Shown here: in pieces, positions 9,166-17,437 of the stretch
Position numbering within the stretch: the stretch's first letter is position 1
How the letters are laid out: each line of letters opens with the position of its first letter
Source: Candidatus Woesearchaeota archaeon
GTDB taxonomy: Archaea; Nanobdellota; Nanobdellia; Woesearchaeales; GW2011-AR9
DNA: 64,000 nt
Assembly: GCA_023265685.1 (NCBI GenBank)
Contig: JAHFSP010000002.1
Span: 5,713 to 69,712 of the forward strand
Direction: 5' to 3'
Notes under the pieces: model-generated
The model's input: only the letters and a program-made list of their open reading frames with translations
Told to the model about the DNA's origin: nothing
Database searches by the model: none
Program-made: the position numbers and the translations under genes

Positions 9166-10287
9166 ATGAAGTATAATACTATCTCATTTTATCGATATAC
9201 GTTGATTGAGAATCCAGAAGAGTTACGTGATCGTCTACGTGATTTTTGTGCTATTCGAGAGATCCAGGGTCGGATTCTGATTGCTCAAGAGGGGATTAAT
9301 GGTGCGGTAAGTGGCGTGGATGAGAAGGTTGAGGAATTAAAGAGCGAGTTACGGACTCTTTTTGCAGGTCTTACGTTTCGCGAGCAAGAGGCGGTTTCTA
9401 CTACGTATCATAAACTGGTGGTTAAGGTTCGTAAGGAAGTGTGTGCGTTTGATTATCCTATTGATGGACGAGAAAGTGCGCAGTATGTGACTCCTACTCA
9501 ATTAGAGTTGATGTATGAAAATAAGGAAGATTTTGTGATTATTGATGCACGTAATAATTATGAATATGAGGTGGGGCGTTTCAAGAATGCGTTGAAAATG
9601 CCGATCAAATCGTTTCGTGAGTTTCCGGAGAAAATCAACGATTTTGCTGAGTTCAAAGATAAGAAAGTAGTGATGTATTGTACGGGTGGAATTCGTTGTG
9701 AGAAAGCAACGGCGTATATGAAACACCAAGGCTTTGAGAACGTTTTTCACTTACAGGGCGGAATTATTAATTATATCAATCACGTGCAGCATACACCTAA
9801 TTTGAATGGTCATTGGGAAGGAGGATTATTCGTTTTTGATGATCGATTAGTTCATCATACTGATACTGCGGTGACACATTGTGTACACTGTGAGCAGGAT
9901 AGCCAGCAATATTACAATTGCCATAATTTAGATTGTGATCGATTGTTTATTTGTTGTAAAGATTGTGCTGTTGTGATGAAGAGGGCGTGTTCGCAAGCAT
10001 GTAAAGATGCGCCTCGACAACGTCGTGTGAAAGTTGTTGAGAAAGTAGTGGGGAGAGTAGAAAATTATTATGCAAAGAAGGGTGTTGCGTTTGCCAAAGT
10101 GTCTAGTCTTCTCAAAGTGGGGGATAGAGTTCGTGTGAAAGGCAAGACGACCGATACTATTCAAACAATTGTGGAGCTTTATGATGATTCTGGGAACTCT
10201 ATTGATGCAGCTAGTTCAGGGGAGTATGTAACGTTTCGAGTGAGTGAGAAAGTACGGTTGCATGATGTTATTTCTATACCTCAATAA
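9166..10287 (+). CDS. trhO: TrhO-like tRNA uridine(34) hydroxylase (UPF0176 rhodanese) with extra C-terminal beta-barrel
   Basis: FY.Y, GRI.IA.EGING, D.RN.YE..VG.F, YCTGGIRCEKA, L.GGI..Y, G.LFVFD.R, Cys-rich tail. Confidence 0.9.
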   Translation: MKYNTISFYRYTLIENPEELRDRLRDFCAIREIQGRILIAQEGINGAVSGVDEKVEELKSELRTLFAGLTFREQEAVSTTYHKLVVKVRKEVCAFDYPIDGRESAQYVTPTQLELMYENKEDFVIIDARNNYEYEVGRFKNALKMPIKSFREFPEKINDFAEFKDKKVVMYCTGGIRCEKATAYMKHQGFENVFHLQGGIINYINHVQHTPNLNGHWEGGLFVFDDRLVHHTDTAVTHCVHCEQDSQQYYNCHNLDCDRLFICCKDCAVVMKRACSQACKDAPRQRRVKVVEKVVGRVENYYAKKGVAFAKVSSLLKVGDRVRVKGKTTDTIQTIVELYDDSGNSIDAASSGEYVTFRVSEKVRLHDVISIPQ

Positions 10288-10340
10288 CTCCTACAAAAAT
10301 CTCAACAAACCTTATATAAAATCGCTATTCTGGAGTAGCT

Positions 10341-11474
10341 ATGTTTCATTTTCAGATTACACACCGAGAAGCGCATACGCAGGCACGGTTGGGGACAATG
10401 AGTACTCCACATGGCAGTCTGTCTACTCCAGCGTTTATTCCTGTGGCAACCAAAGCAGCGATTAAAGCACTTTCGTTTCGAGAGTTGACGGAAATTGGTT
10501 TTGAAGCGACATTGTGTAATACGTATCATTTGTATCTTCAGCCAGGTCACGAGATCGTGGAACGATTTGGTGGGCTACACACGTTTAGTACGTGGAACAA
10601 GCCGATGTTTACTGATTCAGGTGGTTTTCAAGTATTTAGTCTTAATAAAAAGTTGTGTAAAGTTGAGGAGGACCAAGTTATTTTTCGTTCCCACATTGAT
10701 GCGTCGAAACATATTTTCACGCCGGAGAAATCAATGCAAATTCAGCGTGCACTTGGCGCCGATATGATTTTTGCGTTTGATCAGTGCTTGGAGATTGAGG
10801 CAGATTTTGAAAAGACACAAAAAGCGTTAGATCGGACACATCGTTGGGAAGAACGAAGTCTGGTTGAATTTCAGAAACTTAATGTTGATAAAAAGCAAGC
10901 TTTGTACGGGATTGTGCAGGGTGGTCGTTTCAAAGATCTTCGAGAAGAATCGGCCAAATTTGTTGCTGCTTTGCCTTTTGAAGGTATTGGGATTGGGAGT
11001 ATTTTTGGGGATCCTAAAAAGGAGAGTAAAGAGTTGGTAGAACATGCGTTGAAATTTTTGCCTGTTGATAAGCCGAAACATCTTTTGGGCATAGGAAGTG
11101 TTGATGATATTTTTATGTATGTGGCGTTGGGAATTGATACGTTTGATTGTGTGCTGCCGACACGTCTTGCTCGAGTAGGATATATTTTCATTCGACCAGA
11201 GAGCGGAGGTAGTGTTGAGAATCGATTTCGGTATAGACTGTTTAACGCAAAATGTAAAGAAAGTAAAGAACCGCTTGATGCAGCATGTGGTTGTTATGTT
11301 TGTACAACGTATACACAGGGGTATTTGCACCATTTGTATAAAGCAGATGAATTGTTATTTTATAATTTAGCGACCTATCACAATTTGGCTTTTTTTAATA
11401 GATTGATGAGAGAAATTCGAGAAGCTATTAAAGAGAATAGATTTGAAGAGATGAGGAAGATGTGGGTAGGTTGA
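10341..11474 (+). CDS. tgt: bacterial-type tRNA-guanine(34) transglycosylase
   Basis: TP.F.PV.T, NTYHL, TDSGGFQVFSL, GIVQGG, FDCV.PTR, CxCxxC...H Zn site; no PUA extension. Confidence 0.93.
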   Translation: MFHFQITHREAHTQARLGTMSTPHGSLSTPAFIPVATKAAIKALSFRELTEIGFEATLCNTYHLYLQPGHEIVERFGGLHTFSTWNKPMFTDSGGFQVFSLNKKLCKVEEDQVIFRSHIDASKHIFTPEKSMQIQRALGADMIFAFDQCLEIEADFEKTQKALDRTHRWEERSLVEFQKLNVDKKQALYGIVQGGRFKDLREESAKFVAALPFEGIGIGSIFGDPKKESKELVEHALKFLPVDKPKHLLGIGSVDDIFMYVALGIDTFDCVLPTRLARVGYIFIRPESGGSVENRFRYRLFNAKCKESKEPLDAACGCYVCTTYTQGYLHHLYKADELLFYNLATYHNLAFFNRLMREIREAIKENRFEEMRKMWVG

Positions 11475-11562
11475 AAAGTTCAGCTATTTACCCATACACA
11501 TATAACTAGATCAAAATAGTTGAGAGATGAGAAGAGTGAGAGAGGATAGAAAGAGAGAAACC

Positions 11563-12558
11563 ATGCATACTAACAAACCCATAGATTTAGAATCTTATAC
11601 CTACACTCTACCTAAAGAGTTAATCGCACAAGAAGCCATGCATCCGCGAGATCATTGTAAGCTGTTAGTAGTTCACAAAGAGGGAGAAATTGAGGATAAG
11701 ACGTTTTACGATGTTTTAGATTATTTTCAAGAGGGTGATGTTCTGGTTCTTAATGAGACGAAAGTCGCACATTGCAAAATGATTGGAAAGAAAAAGACCG
11801 GTGGCATGGTTGATATTATTATCACGAAAAAAGTCGTTTCTCATACCTATGAGAGTCGTATTAGAGGAAGTAATTTACGCGCAGGAGTATCTATTGATTT
11901 TCAGCACAATAGAGCGTTAATCATTAAAAAAAAGGATGATGTTTTCACACTGCGTTTTGATAAAGAGCTTACTCATGATGATGTTTCGTTATTGACTCCC
12001 CATTATATTAGGAATAAAGTTCCTGAAGAGGATTATCAGACAGTGTTTGCAAAAAAAGAGGGATCGCTGGCAGCACCAACAGCAGGGTTACATTTTACAA
12101 ATGAGTTACTTGAGAAGATTGAGAAGAAAGGAGTTAAGATCGCTAAAGTGCGTTTAGATATTTCATTTGAAACTTTTCTTCCTGTTCGAAATATGTTGAC
12201 TCATAAAACAGGTAAAGAATATTTTTGCGTTGATGAGGAGAATGCGCAGATTATTAACTCAGGAAGAATCATTGCTGTGGGTACAACTGCTGTAAAATGT
12301 TTAGAGAGTTGTGAATGGGTTAATGAAAAAATATTACCTACAGTGGGTGATTCACAGATTTTTATTACGCCGGGGCATACTTTTAAAGCACCGTATAAGG
12401 CGATGATCACTAATTTTCATTTGCCGAAAACGTCTCTTCTTTTGTTGACGAGTGCGTTTATGGATTGGGAGAGACTTTTGCCTGCCTATGAACATGCAGT
12501 TAAAGAGAATTATCGATTTTATTCTTTGGGTGACGCGATGATGTTGTTTCGAGATTAG
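11563..12558 (+). CDS. queA: SAM:tRNA ribosyltransferase-isomerase QueA (divergent)
   Basis: LP.ELIAQ, YQTVFA...GS.AAPTAGLHF, TNFHLPK, Y.F.S.GDAM. Confidence 0.92.
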   Translation: MHTNKPIDLESYTYTLPKELIAQEAMHPRDHCKLLVVHKEGEIEDKTFYDVLDYFQEGDVLVLNETKVAHCKMIGKKKTGGMVDIIITKKVVSHTYESRIRGSNLRAGVSIDFQHNRALIIKKKDDVFTLRFDKELTHDDVSLLTPHYIRNKVPEEDYQTVFAKKEGSLAAPTAGLHFTNELLEKIEKKGVKIAKVRLDISFETFLPVRNMLTHKTGKEYFCVDEENAQIINSGRIIAVGTTAVKCLESCEWVNEKILPTVGDSQIFITPGHTFKAPYKAMITNFHLPKTSLLLLTSAFMDWERLLPAYEHAVKENYRFYSLGDAMMLFRD

Positions 12559-12758
12559 ATTAATCCAATTTCATGTAAATACGCTCTGGATTCCGGTTCA
12601 TAATTTTTTGAGGAGAACATGTTCTGAAAGGTAGCTTTACTAGATTTAAGTTGAGAATTAATAAGCATCTTTTGTTGTTCAAAAAATTTAGGGTTATTGA
12701 GAAGTTGCTGCGCATAAAATTCAACATATTCAAGATCTGTTAATGGTATTTTTTTCAT
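12555..12758 (-). CDS. small hypothetical protein, coupled to upstream nucleotidyltransferase
   Basis: 67 aa; ATGA start/stop overlap with 12755-13360. Confidence 0.65.
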   Translation of the reverse strand: MKKIPLTDLEYVEFYAQQLLNNPKFFEQQKMLINSQLKSSKATFQNMFSSKNYEPESRAYLHEIGLI

Positions 12759-13360
12759 CCTTGTTCTATAATAGGTTTATACTTATTAAACCTCTCTGGG
12801 GAAATTATCTCTTTAAAGAAAACTCGTAAATGCCTAGCATCTTCAATGTCTTTTTTACTTCCTAAAATAATTTCTTTATAGAGTATCTCAAATTCGACAG
12901 GAGGTATGTTGAACTCAAAGTCTTCAATTTTTATTCTTTGAGGGTGATTTAGTTCGTAATATTTAGCAATTCTTTTTGGAGTTACAGGAATACATTCCAT
13001 ATTTGGAAATGTTTCGCCCTGACGGGCGAATCGGATACTGGCCATATCTTGTAAATACTCATAGGCTTCTGAAGCTGAGTTAGACTGATAGCACCAAAAG
13101 CCCCCCGCGATTAAGTCTTCAAATATTTTTTTGAATGTTTCTTGTCCAACCAAAGGGAGGAGAATGTCGACATCTTCTGTACCTCTTGTCCTACCGGTAG
13201 AAATACTTACATAGCCACTTACAATCAACGAATGAGTATGTTTGTTAAAAACTGTGAGAAATTGCTTGACAAAATGATCTAATTCGGTTAATGAGCGGTG
13301 CATTATAATTACATTGTTTTGAATCTCATAGGCAGCTGGCATATAATGAAAAATAGACAT
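12755..13360 (-). CDS. nucleotidyltransferase-fold protein
   Basis: VSGY...GRTRGTEDVDIL and K...G..KD..D motifs of Pol-beta-superfamily minimal NTases. Confidence 0.7.
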   Translation of the reverse strand: MSIFHYMPAAYEIQNNVIIMHRSLTELDHFVKQFLTVFNKHTHSLIVSGYVSISTGRTRGTEDVDILLPLVGQETFKKIFEDLIAGGFWCYQSNSASEAYEYLQDMASIRFARQGETFPNMECIPVTPKRIAKYYELNHPQRIKIEDFEFNIPPVEFEILYKEIILGSKKDIEDARHLRVFFKEIISPERFNKYKPIIEQG

Positions 13361-13410
13361 TACCTTTTTAAAATATTCTTAGAATTGCAATGGCACCACC
13401 ATAATTTTTA

Positions 13411-13779
13411 ATGGGTGATGGAGATACCATGAATAATCTTATTGAACAATGCCAGCAACAATGTTTGAAAGAGAGAGTAGTGTATCTTCCGGGCGAGGGG
13501 TGTGTGTATGGTGAAGGACATTTCTTTAAAGAAAATTCTCTGGGTCCAGCTTTTCAAGTATACTATCACCGATTAACTGGATTTAGACCAGACTCGTTGT
13601 TAAAAACTACTCACGTTGTTCCTCCTGGGGCACAAAGAATTGAGTACCATTATAGGTATAGGAGCCCACAAGGCGAACTGATTATTATTCCTACAGTTGA
13701 GCAATTAGAACGAGCTCTTGAAGGGCCAGGGATAGATCCATTTCGAATTGATGTTGATGATAATAACGATGATGAATAA
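13411..13779 (+). CDS. hypothetical protein
   Basis: 122-aa ORF whose stop overlaps the next start. Confidence 0.6.
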   Translation: MGDGDTMNNLIEQCQQQCLKERVVYLPGEGCVYGEGHFFKENSLGPAFQVYYHRLTGFRPDSLLKTTHVVPPGAQRIEYHYRYRSPQGELIIIPTVEQLERALEGPGIDPFRIDVDDNNDDE

Positions 13780-14314
13780 TCTTAATTCTTTTCTTACCGT
13801 ACTTGAACAGGAAGCGATGCGTCGTGGTATTCCAATTATAGGGCCACAGAAAGGGGCGTGGCTGTTTGAGAAGGTTAGAGATTTGCGGCCTTGTGAGATT
13901 TTGGAGTTAGGTACCGCTGCAGGGTATAGTGGAATTATTCTTGGTTCAACTGGTGGTCATTTAACAACTGTGGACAAAAGTTTTCCGATTCAAGCAGAAG
14001 GAAAAGAGAATTTGGCTCGAGCAGGGATTAATGCGACAGTCATATTTGGAGATATTCCGACGTGGCTTAAGGAGATTACGAAGACAAGGAAAGAATTTTT
14101 TGATCTGATTTTTATTGATTTTGAAAAGAAAGAATATTGCGCTGCGTTGCCGTATTGTCTTGAGTTGGTGAAAGTTGGTGGTCATATAATTACTGATAAT
14201 GTGCTGATGGAAAAATCTAAAGATTTTCTGGAGCTGGTGATGAAGCATCCACAATTAAAGACGGAATTGATTGAGATTCAAGATGGAATGACGTGTAGTA
14301 AGAGGATTACTTAA
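13772..14314 (+). CDS. class I SAM-dependent O-methyltransferase (YrrM/TrmR-like)
   Basis: IPII..KG, ILELGTAAGYS, FDLIFID..K, GG.II.DNVL. Confidence 0.85.
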   Translation: MNNLNSFLTVLEQEAMRRGIPIIGPQKGAWLFEKVRDLRPCEILELGTAAGYSGIILGSTGGHLTTVDKSFPIQAEGKENLARAGINATVIFGDIPTWLKEITKTRKEFFDLIFIDFEKKEYCAALPYCLELVKVGGHIITDNVLMEKSKDFLELVMKHPQLKTELIEIQDGMTCSKRIT

Positions 14315-14394
14315 GTAGAATGATTATCCAATATTGATACCACTATCAAGAGGTAAATTTATAAATAACCTCGCTTTCTTAATAAGAGATTGAC

Positions 14395-14883
14395 ATGGAA
14401 TATTCACACGTTATACCATTAACATTGCTTTATGTTTCTCTTACTGCGTGTGGCCCTATTCCCTTGTATAATCAGCGAGATATTGTTCGAGATCAAGATA
14501 CAGTTGGGACAACTCTTTTTGTTATAGCACCACCCTCAGAACTCCCACGTGAAAAACCGGCAGAATCTATTTCCAGTAATCATCCGCTTGAGCAAAATGA
14601 ACTTCATTACATGCCTTTGGGGTATCATGTTGATAAGAGCCTAGAGGGTAGTGTTTTAACTTTGGTTGGGTTATATTCGGGGAGCTTACATTTACAAATA
14701 AAGAAAGCAGATGCAGTGTATATAAATGGAGAAGTAAGTCTTAGAAATAATTCTCAGTTTCTTGAGCAAGTCGTTCGTGACGCAGACATAAATGGAGATA
14801 AAGAGGTTACACACCAAGAGGTTTCAGATTTACTACAAAAAATTCTGAACAAACGTATTTCTAAACGACAAAAGAAAAAGTAA
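14395..14883 (+). CDS. putative lipoprotein with EF-hand-like loop
   Basis: hydrophobic leader ending LTAC; DINGDKEVTHQE. Confidence 0.55.
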   Translation: MEYSHVIPLTLLYVSLTACGPIPLYNQRDIVRDQDTVGTTLFVIAPPSELPREKPAESISSNHPLEQNELHYMPLGYHVDKSLEGSVLTLVGLYSGSLHLQIKKADAVYINGEVSLRNNSQFLEQVVRDADINGDKEVTHQEVSDLLQKILNKRISKRQKKK

Positions 14884-14888
14884 AAGAA

Positions 14889-15635
14889 CTAGCTATCTGG
14901 ACAAAAGTCCCACATGAATTGGAAGAATTTTCGATAGCCATCGGCAAGTTGTTTATTTTTGAGAACGAATTGGATAGGTTCGCTGTCTAACTGACCAGGT
15001 TTTACGCCGATGAAAGTGACGACGTAATCGCCAAAAATATCAATACAGGTTGGACTGGAGTATTTTTTAGGAAGAAATTTGTAGGGTTTTCCAACCATTT
15101 TCAAGATTTCTGGTTTTTGTTCTTTTACATCATAATCAAAGAGGTGAAAGAATTTGATGCCGCGTTTTCTGCGTTCAACACCAAAATGGGTTAAATAATA
15201 TTGAAGACGGGGGTCAAGCCAAAATGCTTTGGCTCCAATGAAATAGACCGGCTGGTTTTGCTCTAGAATGAGATGTAGGTAGTTTTTGAAGCCTTCGATG
15301 CCGCGAAATAGATACGCTTCTGCCTGAGGCTCTACAAAATTGTAGAGTTTTTTCATCTCGGGAAGCTGTTTAATTAGGGAGAGTTCTTGCTCTTTGATCA
15401 TTTCAGCAAGACGTTGTGGATCGGCTGGTTTGAAAATTTTTTCTCCTTTGACGAAGGTTTCTGAAGCAAGACCCTTTTGTATGAGTTTATGGAGAGAATC
15501 GTAGACGTTACGGCGATGAACTTTTGATTTGACAGAGAGAGTGTTAACGTTGGTTTCGCCAACTTGTAAGAGTGCTTCGTAGACGCGAGATTCGTTGAGT
15601 GAGAGTCCGATCTTTTGAAGGAGTTCTTGAAACAT
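14889..15635 (-). CDS. TrmB family transcriptional regulator
   Basis: LQKIGLS.NE.RVY.ALL, HRRNVYDSL..L..KGL, G.EG.K. Confidence 0.88.
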   Translation of the reverse strand: MFQELLQKIGLSLNESRVYEALLQVGETNVNTLSVKSKVHRRNVYDSLHKLIQKGLASETFVKGEKIFKPADPQRLAEMIKEQELSLIKQLPEMKKLYNFVEPQAEAYLFRGIEGFKNYLHLILEQNQPVYFIGAKAFWLDPRLQYYLTHFGVERRKRGIKFFHLFDYDVKEQKPEILKMVGKPYKFLPKKYSSPTCIDIFGDYVVTFIGVKPGQLDSEPIQFVLKNKQLADGYRKFFQFMWDFCPDS

Positions 15636-15823
15636 TTTCTTTTAAAAATGGGACTTTTAATATAAAGATTGTGTTGAGGATTGTGTTGTGAGGTGGTGTT
15701 TACCACCGCTTAGATTGATAACAGGAGTCATTCTTAATTCTATCAATTATTACTAATTACACTAACTGATTACACTATTAACCAGATTACAATTAATTTT
15801 AATAATTTTTAATAATTTTAAAC

Positions 15824-17347
15824 ATGACATTCATTTCCTCTACGGCAGGATACCTGATCTTGGCACTTTATGGTATTTTTATGATACTTGTGACATATCT
15901 CTTTGCACGTTGGAAAAGATATCGTTCCATTTCTGGTTTTCTGGTTGCTGAGAGAAACGTGCATTGGTTGCTGGGTGCAACGAGTATTGCTGCGTCGTGG
16001 ATTTGGGCTCCAGCACTTTTTATATCTACACAGGTTGCTTATGAAATGGGATTACCAGGGATATTCTGGTTTACGTTTCCAAATATCATTGCGTTATTAA
16101 TTTATATTTTTCTTGCTCCAAAAATTAGAGAAAAATTGCCTTACGGATATACTTTACCACAATATATAAAGCATAGATTGCGCAGTGAGCGAGTTCATAC
16201 GATTTATCTTTTCCCGTACTTTTTTTATCAGCTTATGGCGGTAACGGTTCAGTTATATGCCGGGGGAAATTTGGTTTCGTTATTAACGGGCATTCCTTTG
16301 ATTAGTGCAATGATAATGATGGCTACGACAGTTTTAATTTATGCATTTATTTCTGGTTTAGAATCGTCATTTGTTACAGATTTTATTCAATTTATAATGA
16401 TTGTACTTGGTGTAGGAATCGTTGTACCTTGGGCAGTTATGAGAGCAGGAGGCTGGAGTGTTGTGGCACAAGGGTTAGGTGGAGTGTCTGGTCAATTTAC
16501 CCATATATTTGATCCGAGTGTTGCTTTTTCATTTGGGATTGTTACAGCTATTGGACTTATTTCAGGTGCTATTTCTGATCAGCAGTATTGGCAACGTGCA
16601 TTTGCAATTAAAAAAAATAATTTAGTACTCTCTTTTATATTTGGAGCAATTATGTTTGGAATTGTTCCGGTTGCACTTTCAATATTGGGTTTTATTGCGG
16701 CAAACGCAGAGGTAGGGGTGGTTCTACCGGTAGGAATTGATGCGTCGATGATTGGAGTACTTACGGTAAGTCATCTGCTTGGGGCAGGAGCAATGGTATT
16801 GTTTGTAATTATGTTATTAAGTGCATTATATTCCACATTGGATTCAGGAGTGGTAGCGACAAGTTCGTTGTATGTTACTGATGTGATACAATATTCTCTA
16901 AAAGAAAAAGAAATAATTCAAAAATTAGATGAAGAAGTTCCTCTTACATTGGAAGAAGAAAGTATAGGAAGGGTATTAGATGACAGAGGTGTACGAAACT
17001 CAAGGAAAGCAATGTTGGGTATAACTTTATTAGGATTTTTGGTGGCTTTGGGGGTTACGTATATCCCTGGCTTTGGTTTAAAACATCTGTGGTGGATTTT
17101 TAATACGTTTGCTGCGTGTGTGGTTGTTCCTACGGTTCTAAGTTTATTTTGGAAAAAACTTGATGAACGAGGGGTGTTCTGGGGCGTCCTTGTTTCTTTT
17201 GTTGTAGGAGTTCCGTGGTTTATTTATGGAAATGTCGTTGATAGATCAGCCTATATTGTTGGTGCATCATTGTTTATTATTGGTATATGTACAGCATTTT
17301 GTATTATTTTGAAAAGAAAGATACCTTGGACAGACACTTCACCCTAA
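15824..17347 (+). CDS. sodium:solute symporter (SSS) family transporter
   Basis: many TM segments; SIAASWIWA, SGL..S..TD.IQ, DQQYWQRAFA, STLDS. Confidence 0.88.
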   Translation: MTFISSTAGYLILALYGIFMILVTYLFARWKRYRSISGFLVAERNVHWLLGATSIAASWIWAPALFISTQVAYEMGLPGIFWFTFPNIIALLIYIFLAPKIREKLPYGYTLPQYIKHRLRSERVHTIYLFPYFFYQLMAVTVQLYAGGNLVSLLTGIPLISAMIMMATTVLIYAFISGLESSFVTDFIQFIMIVLGVGIVVPWAVMRAGGWSVVAQGLGGVSGQFTHIFDPSVAFSFGIVTAIGLISGAISDQQYWQRAFAIKKNNLVLSFIFGAIMFGIVPVALSILGFIAANAEVGVVLPVGIDASMIGVLTVSHLLGAGAMVLFVIMLLSALYSTLDSGVVATSSLYVTDVIQYSLKEKEIIQKLDEEVPLTLEEESIGRVLDDRGVRNSRKAMLGITLLGFLVALGVTYIPGFGLKHLWWIFNTFAACVVVPTVLSLFWKKLDERGVFWGVLVSFVVGVPWFIYGNVVDRSAYIVGASLFIIGICTAFCIILKRKIPWTDTSP

Positions 17348-17437
17348 AACGATTTCACTCTAAAACATACTAGGCTACTGCTTTAACAAGCTAATTCTTC
17401 ATAGAAAAACTGAGCCACAACAATGTTTAAATAGAAG

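Noticed and set aside
10341..11474. Archaeosine tRNA-guanine transglycosylase (arcTGT)
   Set aside because: Only 377 aa with no PUA domain, bacterial FDCV.PTR motif, and adjacent to queA
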